Positions 32,404 to 41,159 of a DNA stretch of 64,000 bases are shown here, one piece after another. Each line of letters opens with the position of its first letter. Position 1 is the first letter of the stretch. Made by a program: the position numbers and the translations under genes. This DNA is from an uncultured delta proteobacterium. Lineage in GTDB: Bacteria > Desulfobacterota > Desulfobacteria > Desulfobacterales > UBA2156. The notes under the pieces are model-generated. The model had not been told where the DNA came from, made no database searches, and saw only the letters and a list, made by a program, of their open reading frames with translations. The stretch is from the NCBI GenBank assembly GCA_963736855.1, contig CAVTQK010000017.1, forward strand, positions 64,001-128,000. Reading direction: 5' to 3'.

Positions 32404-33334
32404 ATGTCGAAAAATAAAAGCCAAGGATTAATTTGGGATAGATTAAAAACGTATTACAATGAAAAGGGCATTTCTGCTCGGGAATTTAAGTGCGATTGCT
32501 ACAGAAGATTGTCTGAAAAAGTTGCCATGACAAAGAGGAATTCATTGAAGCCAGAGAACCTTATATTGGTAAAAATTATGAGAATGCATCAGTTCCACGG
32601 CTTTTGTTTATGTCCCTGGACCCCGGTGACCCTGGTGATGCTGAGAAAGATGACTGGGAAAAAAGAACGATGGAGTTTTTAAGGGAAAACACATCATACA
32701 TTAGAAAATATAGATAAGCGTAAAAATGGATCATTGGTATAGAACCCATCAGTTTGCATGGATAGTTTTCGATGAATTGAATAATCAACTCGGGTTAGGT
32801 CTAAATATTGGACATCGGAACGGTTAATGAGAAAATGTTTTAATGGGGAGAAAAGCGTTTAAATCGGATGAAGATTTAAGGAAAATCAGGAGTTATTTCG
32901 CCCATACCAACAGCGCAAAATGCTGCGAGAATAAGAACAGGTTCAAGCCGAAGCAAATGTAACGTTTTTTAAAAATTGCAGGAGATACATCGCTGAAGAA
33001 ATTCAAATATTTAACCCTCATATTCTTGTCACACAAGGAAATCAGGCTCGTAATGCCATAGAAAATGCATTCAAAGAACCAAAGGAAGAAAAAAATATCT
33101 CTGAAAATAGTCGGCCGGATCTAATGGAGAATGGAGTTCAATAAAGGCGCTCCTTCATTGTGGATTCACCATTACCATCCGCGTAGTGGAAAATATTTCA
33201 AAAACAACAAGGTTAAATTCGAGGTCTATGCAAAAGAAGCCGCTAAATTTATCAAAGAAAATTACCCGAGAACTTCTTGCTTCAAGGTAAAAAACGGTGC
33301 TGCTTCTTTGGATAAATCTTTAAACCACATGTAA
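32404..33334 (+). pseudogene. Uracil-DNA-glycosylase-superfamily-like pseudogene (multiple frameshifts)
   Basis: Pieces: EPYIGKNY..RLLFMSLDPG; FAHTNSAKCC; NCRRYIAEEIQIFNPHILVTQGNQA; WIHHYHP. Confidence 0.55.
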
Positions 33335-33500
33335 AGCATTGCCAAAAGGGGGCATTCGAAGATTTTCGAAATTTATAGATGCCATCGGCGACAAGATTGT
33401 AGTGAAGACCGATTTGGTTGAATCGGACAATTTAATCATGGGCGTCTGATACAACCATTTGGGCACCTTCGTTCCGGTATGTTAAGCCGCTTAACAGTCA

Positions 33501-33845
33501 TCAGGACCTGGATTCCATTAATTTCTTTTGCTTGAGTCTCTTTTTACGCGCCCTTTCTTTCCTTTTAGCCTCTTTCATAACAGCCTCATACTCGTCACTA
33601 TATTCGGAATAGATGGCAACCCCAAAGTAGTCAATCACAGGCAACAATAGTTTCTCAAAATCATTAGCGCCATAGCTTGTAAAGAGGACATGCCTTTTAA
33701 AAGGGATAGCCCATATGAAATTTATACCATCTGTCAGGGTAACGTCACGCCTCCGATTTATTTTATCTACCCTGACGCCTTGGTGGTTGAACTTCATGAT
33801 TTTAGAAAAGGGGATGGGCTTTTCTGTAATGAAGTCAATGGACAT
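33501..33845 (-). CDS. Hypothetical protein
   Basis: 114-aa ORF co-oriented with its neighbours in the AT-rich island. Confidence 0.55.
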   Translation of the reverse strand: MSIDFITEKPIPFSKIMKFNHQGVRVDKINRRRDVTLTDGINFIWAIPFKRHVLFTSYGANDFEKLLLPVIDYFGVAIYSEYSDEYEAVMKEAKRKERARKKRLKQKKLMESRS

Positions 33846-33868
33846 TCTAACCGAAAACTATCGTTTTT

Positions 33869-34312
33869 TCATTTAAGAAAATCATCGGAGGTGGCATCAA
33901 ACAGCGTTTTTAGGCGTTCAAGGATACTCTGGATTATGCCTTCATTAATAAAATCCTCCCAAACCCCATCGCCGAAACGCTCTCCCCTCACGCAATAAGT
34001 GAGCAACGATTTTAATTCAGCTAAAGAAGCATTTTGGATCAACTCTTTGTTTCTTACCATCTTTCCGGCTCCACTTGAAGTGTATTCATAATCACACCAG
34101 CACTCGTTTGAAGCCAGGTGAAAGAACTTCTCAACATTATGATCATATTCTGGAAAGGGCATATTGATAACACCATTTTTATCTTTCTCTCCACCATGCC
34201 AACGCATGACAGGGTCGAAACTTGGCGTCTTAAAAACCGGTAAAAAATTTAAAAGGGCTTGGATATCCTCATGAGTCGGCTGTTTTGAATTCTCCTTTTT
34301 TCTTGGTTTCAT
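33869..34312 (-). CDS. Hypothetical protein, DUF6508-like
   Basis: LKSLLTYCVRGERFGDGVW...ILERL; start overlaps the upstream stop. Confidence 0.7.
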   Translation of the reverse strand: MKPRKKENSKQPTHEDIQALLNFLPVFKTPSFDPVMRWHGGEKDKNGVINMPFPEYDHNVEKFFHLASNECWCDYEYTSSGAGKMVRNKELIQNASLAELKSLLTYCVRGERFGDGVWEDFINEGIIQSILERLKTLFDATSDDFLK

Positions 34313-34581
34313 CGCTTTTTTCGTTCACCGGTGAATGACCACCAGGGAAGGGGATCTCCACCTTCCATAAAATGGACCGCTGCCATAAACACGTCTATAA
34401 CACAAGGATCTTGCCTTTTTCCTGTCTTCGCACAGAGTTTTTCATAAAGTTTGAAAGGGTCTTTCCCAATCAGCTTTTTTGGATGGTCAATGCCGATTAA
34501 GCGGAGGTCATTTGCCATCGCTTTTCCGATATTCGGAAGTGCTTCAAGTTGAGATACAGTTTTTCTGTCCGGGTTTTTCAT
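34309..34581 (-). CDS. Helix-hairpin-helix protein (Cdd1/mitomycin-resistance McrB-like)
   Basis: LEALPNIGKAMANDLRLIGI, DPFKLYEKLC, DPCVIDVF, PWWSFT. Confidence 0.85.
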   Translation of the reverse strand: MKNPDRKTVSQLEALPNIGKAMANDLRLIGIDHPKKLIGKDPFKLYEKLCAKTGKRQDPCVIDVFMAAVHFMEGGDPLPWWSFTGERKKR

Positions 34582-34589
34582 TCTTAATG

Positions 34590-34848
34590 GTCGATGGCAG
34601 ATTTTCAAACATTGATTCGATCCATACGGTGAGCTTGGCGCTTGGAACATTATCGCCTTCAGTCCATCCGTGGGATTTACACTCTACAAGAACCCCTTTT
34701 TCATTAATGCCGATTGGGACTTGAATTCCGGATTTTAATAGCAGGTCTTGTTTTGCGAAATAGTTTTATATCTTTCTTTAAAAATCACGTCCCATTTGAG
34801 AATTGCTTTTAGAACCTTTTCGCTGAAATGGTCTATCCATTTATTCAT
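34590..34848 (-). pseudogene. Degraded putative PD-(D/E)XK-like gene
   Basis: Frameshifted pieces include LVECKSHGWTEGDNVPSAKLTVW (ExK-like motif). Confidence 0.35.
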
Positions 34849-35197
34849 TCCTGCAGGGAATGCTACGCATAAACACTTGTAAAATGAGCGCAGCGGAAAG
34901 GGTGCCGAGGTTTTTCAGCAAATCAATTGTGACTCGTCGTTTCTCGAGTCCGGCAACCGACTGTGCCATCTTCTATCTCTCAAATAAGAAATATCAGGTA
35001 AACTTGTTTTGGTATTTTATCATTATGATTCTTGTAACTCAATCTAAACAACTTTACCAGAGTACGACTCTGGACGCTTAAAAGGATCGATGCACCTATG
35101 AATACGATTGATTGCCCATGCCCAAGGAAAAGTATCGGAATGGAACTAATACGCCCTTAAAAATAAATCGTGAACCCATGGGTGAAAAAAGAATGTG

Positions 35198-35233
35198 TTG
35201 ACAATATATCATATCTGACATATTTTGATTCGC
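35198..35233 (+). promoter_or_regulatory. TA promoter with operator palindrome; probably leaderless transcript
   Basis: TTGACA-N17-TATTTT, then 7 nt to the ATG; ATATaTCA-TATC-TGACATAT in the spacer. Confidence 0.6.
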
Positions 35234-35590
35234 ATGAGCGGAAAGGATAAGCCACTGGTTTGGATGCATGGTGAAATTTTAACACCGCCTTTTTCTGTAA
35301 CAGCTCGAATCGAAACAGGATTTTTATTGAGGCAAATTCAAAAAGGCATAAAGTTATCTTTGCCTCAATCGCGCCCAATGCCGTCAATTGAGTCACGATG
35401 CCATGAGCTGAGGATAAAGGATGAAAACGTAACGTGGCGAATAATTTATCGAATCTATACCGATGTGATTTTAGTTCTTGAAATATTTGAGAAAAAGACG
35501 AACAGGACTCCAAAATCGGTTATTTATGCCTGCAAACACAGAATAACAGATTATGAATATAATGTAAGAGAATGGGAAAAAGGGAAATGA
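35234..35590 (+). CDS. RelE/HigB-like toxin (Gp49/DUF891 type)
   Basis: TPPFS..ARIETGFLLRQIQ, SRPMPSI..CHELRI, WRIIYRI, FEKKTNRTP. Confidence 0.88.
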   Translation: MSGKDKPLVWMHGEILTPPFSVTARIETGFLLRQIQKGIKLSLPQSRPMPSIESRCHELRIKDENVTWRIIYRIYTDVILVLEIFEKKTNRTPKSVIYACKHRITDYEYNVREWEKGK

Positions 35591-35895
35591 ATAAGAGAAA
35601 AAAGAAAACTTTGGAATCTAAGGGTTATAAGGTGGGCTCTGTGGCTGAGTTTCTGGGATTGAGCATGGAAGAAGTGGAATACATTGAGCTAAAGTTGGCA
35701 CTTAGCCAAGCCCTGGCAGTACGTCGTAAACAAAACCAATTGACACAATCTCAGGTGGCTAAGATGCTCAATTCCAGCCAGTCAAGGGTCGCCAAGATGG
35801 AAAAAGGAGATCCGACCGTGTCGGTGGACCTTTTGGTCAAATCACTTTTGGCCATGGGAGCTAAAAGAGAAAGTATAGCAAAGGCCATTGCTTAA
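35587..35895 (+). CDS. HigA-like XRE HTH antitoxin
   Basis: LTQSQVAKMLNSSQSRVAKMEKGD; ATGA overlap with the toxin. Confidence 0.88.
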   Translation: MNKRKKKTLESKGYKVGSVAEFLGLSMEEVEYIELKLALSQALAVRRKQNQLTQSQVAKMLNSSQSRVAKMEKGDPTVSVDLLVKSLLAMGAKRESIAKAIA

Positions 35896-36199
35896 TCAGA
35901 AATCATAAGACTTAAATGGTACCGGTTTTTCTTATCAGCACTCTCATTTTCCAACATTCTAAATTTTGTCGTCTTTAGAATTGTGCAACCACTGTTTTGA
36001 AACCGGGGCAGCCATAATCGGCCCCCCTGTTTTTTATTATCCGTGAATATTTTCAACCCATCGAATGGCCTCCACGTCACTCACTTTTCCCAGGTAGCAC
36101 TTTATTGACATGCCACCTTTTTCGGGATGAACACCACCTCGGGTTGCCGACCGCTTTTGGGATTTTGAATTATCCTTTTTACTGAGGAGGGTTTAACCC

Positions 36200-37254
36200 A
36201 TGCCATACAAACAAGGCAACACATGGAGAGCCCTCGTCAAGTTCAAAGGGCGTCGTTATACAAAATTGTTTCCCACCAAATAAAAGGCTAAGAAATGGGA
36301 GATCCGAATCAAGGAAACTCTCTCGAACGAATTGACCGACATGGATTATTTGATGCTCTGCAATAGCTATTTGGATCATGTGAAAGTCCGTTTTCTGAAA
36401 AAACATACAAGGAGAAAATTTCCGTCTGCATCCGTTTCGGCCAGTTTATTGAGAAAAACACCTCTGTGGATTAGATCACACCCAGAATGATCGATGATTT
36501 CTTGACTAAACAGGCGGTCGAAAGAATTCCACACGCTGCGAATAAAGATCGGAAAAATCTCCTTGCTCTATCGAATTGGGGGATGAAAATTTACGATCTG
36601 GATAAAAACCCTGTAATTAAAATTGATCCGTTTTCGCATGACCGGAAACCTCAATATACGCCTCCGGAAAACGACATTTAAAGGTCTTGGCGGCCACATC
36701 CGGAGCTGATCGGGTGTTTCTGCTCTGTTACTTGAAAACAGCGGCCAGGTGGTCTGAAATATTCAATTTGAAATGGGATGATGTGAATTTTAAAAAAAAG
36801 GAGATACGGCTATGGACCAGAAAGACTCGGTATGGATCCCTTGAAGGGGAATGGCTCCCAATGAACGACACTTTAAGCCGGGAGTTGCTCTGGTGGTGGA
36901 ATAACCGAAAGTTTAAAGAAAGCCCGTTTGTCTTTATCGATAATCAAACCGGTCCTCACTACGGAAAGCCCTTTTAAGGTACGTCGTCGGTTTCTTTCCG
37001 GTCTATGCGAACGGGCAGGCGTGAGATCTTTTGGCTTTCACGCTCTAAGGCGGTTTGTTGCTTCCATCCTGGCGGATCGCCATAAGGTTTCTTCAAAAAC
37101 AGTGCAGAGGTTCTTAAGGCATAAAAGTGTTCATACGACAGAGCTCTATATTCAAAATATCAACACGGATTTGCACTCCATAGCCGCTCTCCTTGAAGAA
37201 AGTACACCTGAAGGGACACCAAATAAAAAAGAGGTTAACCGGGATGTCGGCTAA
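36200..37254 (+). pseudogene. Tyrosine recombinase (phage integrase), disrupted
   Basis: GAGGAGG RBS; premature stops and frameshifts; TAARWSEIF, FHALRR, LRHKS..TTELY; ends at the tRNA-Glu 3' end. Confidence 0.85.
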
Positions 37255-37270
37255 CCTCTTGATATCATTG

Positions 37271-37348
37271 TGGCGTCCCCAAGGGGATTTGAACCCCTGT
37301 TGCCGGCGTGAAAGGCCGGTGTCCTGGACCGGGCTAGACGATGGGGAC
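37271..37348 (-). tRNA. tRNA-Glu(TTC)
   Basis: GTCCCCATCGTCTAG...CCGGCCTTTCACGCCGG...GGTTCAAATCCCCTTGGGGACGCCA. Confidence 0.97.
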
Positions 37349-37353
37349 ATCTG

Positions 37354-37429
37354 TGGTGGGCCGTGTTGGAATCGAACCAACGACTCTCTGCTTAAAAGGC
37401 AGATACTCTACCGCCTGAGTTAACGGCCC
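37354..37429 (-). tRNA. tRNA-Lys(TTT)
   Basis: GGGCCGTTAACTCAG...TCTGCCTTTTAAGCAGA...GGTTCGATTCCAACACGGCCCACCA. Confidence 0.97.
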
Positions 37430-37491
37430 TCAAAAGATAACAAATCTAAATCTCTATTTCTTTCTTGTCAATCGAATATTACATTAGCATG

Positions 37492-37873
37492 TTATTTGCG
37501 CCAGAAAGCTGGGGCAAAAAAGATGATCAGGGTGTAAATCTCGAGCCTGCCTAAAAGCATGCACCAGCTTAAAAGCCATTTGCCCAGATCAGGGATATTT
37601 GAATAGTTGTCTATCGGTCCGACGAGTCCCAAACCGGGGCTGACATTTCCTAAAGTGGTGTCGGTGGCAAATCCGGTGGTGGTTACGATGGAGACAACCT
37701 GGAAAGAACCATCAGCCGGATGCATCGGCAAGGATATTTTTTAATGATTTTGTGTAGATGGATTGATCTTCAATATTATTGTAGATGATTATCACATTTT
37801 CATTTTCATGGGATAGGCGTTTGACAATGTTGAACCCAACCTCTCAGTCGCCGATGATCATAATTTTCAGCAC
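37492..37873 (-). pseudogene. Collapsed trkA-trkH potassium uptake relic
   Basis: TrkA start LKIMIIGD*EVGFNIVKRLSHEN; TrkH pieces [14 protein letters not shown] fused directly to TLGNVSPG...MLLGRLEIY. Confidence 0.75.
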
Positions 37874-37955
37874 ATTCGTTCTTTAAAATTTAAGGGTGGC
37901 TGGAAAACGAAATCGTCTTATTTTGCCTCAACTTGCCTGTCCTCGTCAACAAACT

Positions 37956-38711
37956 TCAGGGCATCAGGCACAGCAGGCATAGAAAAAGGACAGCGGCAAG
38001 TCCGATCCAACCGGCTTTGTCAAGCGGCAACGGAACCAGAACCTGGTCCTGGGCATAACACCGGGCTTCCATTGCTTCGGAGAGGGCATGGGCATCGGCA
38101 AAAAGACCTTGTAATAGAGGAACCACAAGGTTTTTAATCCTATAGATCGGATTCTTCCGGTTTTCAACGGCCCTGGAGCGTTGTGCCTCGGTGGTTTCGC
38201 TGATCCGATCCAGGATAACAGGAATAAACCGGGTCATCAGCCCCATCATGTCGGCGATCTGCTTTCCGGGTACGAAGGGAAACGGCTTCAGAATGCGGTG
38301 CACGGCTTCCCGGGTCAGAGAGGGCCGCGTGGTGTTGGAATAGAGCAGGGATAAGAGAACGATGAGAGCCATGCGATAGCAGATGAGCGCGCCATCGGCG
38401 GCTCCTTCCCGAGTGAAGGTTAAAAAATAAAATGAAACCAGAGGGGTTCCCGGTGTAAAAAGGAATCGGGCAAGCCAAACAAAAACCAGAAAAAAAAACA
38501 GGTGCCTGAGTTGTAAACACAATTCCAATGAAAAGAGCCGAGAAACACCCAGGAGGCTTAAGGCAAAAAGGGTGAGGACGAAAAGACCTCCATGTTTGGC
38601 ATATAAAACCGTGAGGCCGAGGGCTAAGAATGAAATAAGTTTGCATCGGGTGTCCAGCCGATGCAGCAGGGTTTCACCGGGACGAAAGGTTAAAATACTT
38701 AATTGAGCCAT
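37956..38711 (-). CDS. ECF transporter T component (BioN-like)
   Basis: LHRLDTRCK, RFIP, EAQRSR, EAMEARCY. Confidence 0.88.
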   Translation of the reverse strand: MAQLSILTFRPGETLLHRLDTRCKLISFLALGLTVLYAKHGGLFVLTLFALSLLGVSRLFSLELCLQLRHLFFFLVFVWLARFLFTPGTPLVSFYFLTFTREGAADGALICYRMALIVLLSLLYSNTTRPSLTREAVHRILKPFPFVPGKQIADMMGLMTRFIPVILDRISETTEAQRSRAVENRKNPIYRIKNLVVPLLQGLFADAHALSEAMEARCYAQDQVLVPLPLDKAGWIGLAAVLFLCLLCLMP

Positions 38712-39475
38712 GACTCGAAACATTTTCCCATACGGATTGCACATGGAATACGGACGCCGAATTGTTCGAGTTCAAGGGCGATCCGATCCGGTGGACCATC
38801 GGCAGCCACGGATCCGTTTTTCAAAACCACCAGCCGATCGGCGTGAGCAATGATCTTTTCCACATCGTGGGTTGTCACCACCACGGTGCATCCGGACCGG
38901 TGAAGATCTAAAATCTGGTGCAACACTTCCCGGATTCCGGAGTAGTCGAGGCTTGTAAAGGGTTCGTCCAGCGCCAGCACCTTGGGCTTCATGGCCAATA
39001 CTCCCGCAATGGCCAGGCGCCGTTTTTCTCCCCCCGAAAGGAGATGGGGCTGCCGATCGCTCCGATGCGAAAGTGAAACGCTTTTCAGTGCGGCCTCGAC
39101 ACGCTCCTTGACGGTATCGGGATCCAGCATAAGGTTTTTCGGGCCAAAAGCTATATCATCATAAACGGTCTCCCCGACAATCTGATGATCAGGGTTCTGA
39201 AATACCAGACCGACTTTTTGACGGGTCTTGAGAGGATTTTTACCCGCATCCTCCCCCTCGATGAAAATCATTCCGCTGGTAGGCCGAAGCAGGGTGTTGA
39301 AATGCTTTAAGAGAGTGGTCTTCCCGGATCCGTTTTCTCCGGCGATCACCACGAGGGTCCCCTCTTCGATCTTCAGATTCACGTCCTGAAGCCCTACGCT
39401 GCCGTCCGGGAACCGGTAAAAGAGGTTTCTGATTTCGATGATGGGGTTTGTTGATGCGTTTTGAACCGGCTTCAT
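38699..39475 (-). CDS. ECF transporter ATPase (BioM-like)
   Basis: GENGSGKTT, VFQNPDHQ, LSGGEKRRLAIAG. Confidence 0.92.
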   Translation of the reverse strand: MKPVQNASTNPIIEIRNLFYRFPDGSVGLQDVNLKIEEGTLVVIAGENGSGKTTLLKHFNTLLRPTSGMIFIEGEDAGKNPLKTRQKVGLVFQNPDHQIVGETVYDDIAFGPKNLMLDPDTVKERVEAALKSVSLSHRSDRQPHLLSGGEKRRLAIAGVLAMKPKVLALDEPFTSLDYSGIREVLHQILDLHRSGCTVVVTTHDVEKIIAHADRLVVLKNGSVAADGPPDRIALELEQFGVRIPCAIRMGKCFESWLN

Positions 39476-40041
39476 GGAAAGCTCAAAGGTGCTTTTTGGA
39501 AATTGGATCTCGGAGATAATCCCACAATTGGCCGGAGAAGCCGTGCTGCCGCTGCCGCGGCAACAATTTTAATGGCATCTCCAATTATGAAGGGGAAAAA
39601 TCCGACGGCTAGAGCCTTTTCCAGGCCCATGCGTGTCATGAAAGAAAGCCAAAAGACACCGAAAGCATATACGACGACGGAACCGCAGATCCCTGCAAAC
39701 ACATCGACGGTCGGGCGGGAATGAGCCATTTCGGAGATGCGCCCAATCAGGAAGACGGCGGGAAGATATCCGATCAGATAACCGCCGGTGGGACCCATGA
39801 GTCGTCCGATGCCTCCGGTGCCTCCCGCAAAAACCGGGAGTCCAAGGATTCCAGCAGCAAGATATACGCCGATGCTTGCCACACCCCATCGACTGCCGAG
39901 GAGGAGCCCGGTCAGCAGGACAAAAAAATTCTGCAGTACGATGGGAACCGGGCCGACAGGGATGGCGACAAAGGCGCCGGCCGCCGTTAAAGCGGCGCAG
40001 AGAGATGCAAAAACCATTTTTTTAAGCCTGTATTCAGGCAT
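39472..40041 (-). CDS. bioY: Biotin transporter S component BioY
   Basis: PVPIVLQ, GLPVFAGG, GPTGGYLIG, PFIIGDAIK. Confidence 0.93.
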   Translation of the reverse strand: MPEYRLKKMVFASLCAALTAAGAFVAIPVGPVPIVLQNFFVLLTGLLLGSRWGVASIGVYLAAGILGLPVFAGGTGGIGRLMGPTGGYLIGYLPAVFLIGRISEMAHSRPTVDVFAGICGSVVVYAFGVFWLSFMTRMGLEKALAVGFFPFIIGDAIKIVAAAAAARLLRPIVGLSPRSNFQKAPLSFP

Positions 40042-40954
40042 GAAAGCAATCTCCGTAAACGATCCGCCGGGATTTACCGTTTTTCTGCCGGATAATCAGT
40101 GCGCCGTCGGTATCGATATCCTCAGCAATTCCCTCGATGGTCTCCTTGAGGGTGACGATACGCACCGGTCGGTGAAGGGTGTCGGATAGATGCTTCCATC
40201 GAGGCAGGAATCCGGAGAAATCTTCTTTGTCCATGCGTTCTTCAAGGGCATCCAGAAATTTGGCAAGAAAATCGTGTCTCGAAACTTCCCTCCCCAATAT
40301 TTTTTTGACGGATATTGCCGGCGGTGACACGCCTGAGACGCTATTATTCATATTAATGCCGATGCCGATATTCACGTATAAGACCTTTTCGGCTTCGGCC
40401 GCCATCTCTGAGAGCATGCCCGCGATTTTTTTTCCTTGTACCAGGACATCGTTGGGCCACTTCAGGCGGGCGTCGATGCCGTACATTTTTGAAAGAAGAT
40501 AGGCGACCGTCCAGGAGGCGATAAAAATGACCTGATGGCAGGCATCCGGGGTCAGGAGGGGCCGGGTGACGACGGTAAGATAAAGACCACCCTCCTCCGA
40601 CTGCCACAGGCGGTCCAGGCGTCCCCGACCGCGGGTCTGGATATCGGCCGTCACTACGGTAAAAGAGGGGCATCCTTCCCGGGCCAATTTCCTGGCCAAC
40701 TCCATCGTGGAGCCGGTTTCAGGGAAATAATGCATTCGGTCTTTCCGCCCGGGAAACGCCCACGGAAACAGGGTATCCGGTTCGTAAAGCAGTTGATATC
40801 CGACGGGGGTGGAGACGATGTTATACCCCAACTCCCGGAGCTTGCCGATCTGCTTGAAAATCGCCACCCGAGATACTCCCAGACGGCTGCCTATACTTTC
40901 ACCGGAGACCGCTTCTGCAGAGCCTCTTAGAATGGAAAGAATCTGTGCTTTCAT
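40034..40954 (-). CDS. birA: Bifunctional biotin ligase/repressor BirA
   Basis: N-terminal HTH SGESIGSRLGVSRVAIFK; QTRGRGRLDR, KWPNDV, KIAG. Confidence 0.93.
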   Translation of the reverse strand: MKAQILSILRGSAEAVSGESIGSRLGVSRVAIFKQIGKLRELGYNIVSTPVGYQLLYEPDTLFPWAFPGRKDRMHYFPETGSTMELARKLAREGCPSFTVVTADIQTRGRGRLDRLWQSEEGGLYLTVVTRPLLTPDACHQVIFIASWTVAYLLSKMYGIDARLKWPNDVLVQGKKIAGMLSEMAAEAEKVLYVNIGIGINMNNSVSGVSPPAISVKKILGREVSRHDFLAKFLDALEERMDKEDFSGFLPRWKHLSDTLHRPVRIVTLKETIEGIAEDIDTDGALIIRQKNGKSRRIVYGDCFHA

Positions 40955-40957
40955 TTT

Positions 40958-40991
40958 AATGTTAACCAGATCATCAATATCGGTTAACAAT
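40958..40991. promoter_or_regulatory. BirA operator
   Basis: TGTTAACC-N14-GGTTAACA directly upstream of the birA ATG. Confidence 0.85.
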
Positions 40992-41159
40992 AGATGTGTC
41001 AATGCCGATTTGCAAAGCTGGAGCGGTTATTCCGAGTAATGGCCGCGCAACCGGTTTTTATTGCAAAATCGTTTTAAGTGAGATAAAAAAAATTATTCCG
41101 CTTTTTCATTTTTTCCACCGGCGCGTTTATTAAACCCATCAACCATCATCGGGGGCGCT

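Larger units (their letters stand above)
29335..37270. mobile_element. Decayed genomic (defence) island integrated at tRNA-Glu; left boundary approximate
   Basis: Integrase relic abutting the tRNA 3' end; AT-rich cargo, R-M, TA and pseudogenes; no att duplication seen. Confidence 0.7.

Noticed and set aside
33481..33495. GTTAAGCCGCTTAAC as an integron attC core
   Set aside because: Too short, boxes in the wrong order and no integron integrase
37844..37846. TGA in the trkA relic as selenocysteine
   Set aside because: It replaces a Gly of the GxG motif in an obviously eroded gene
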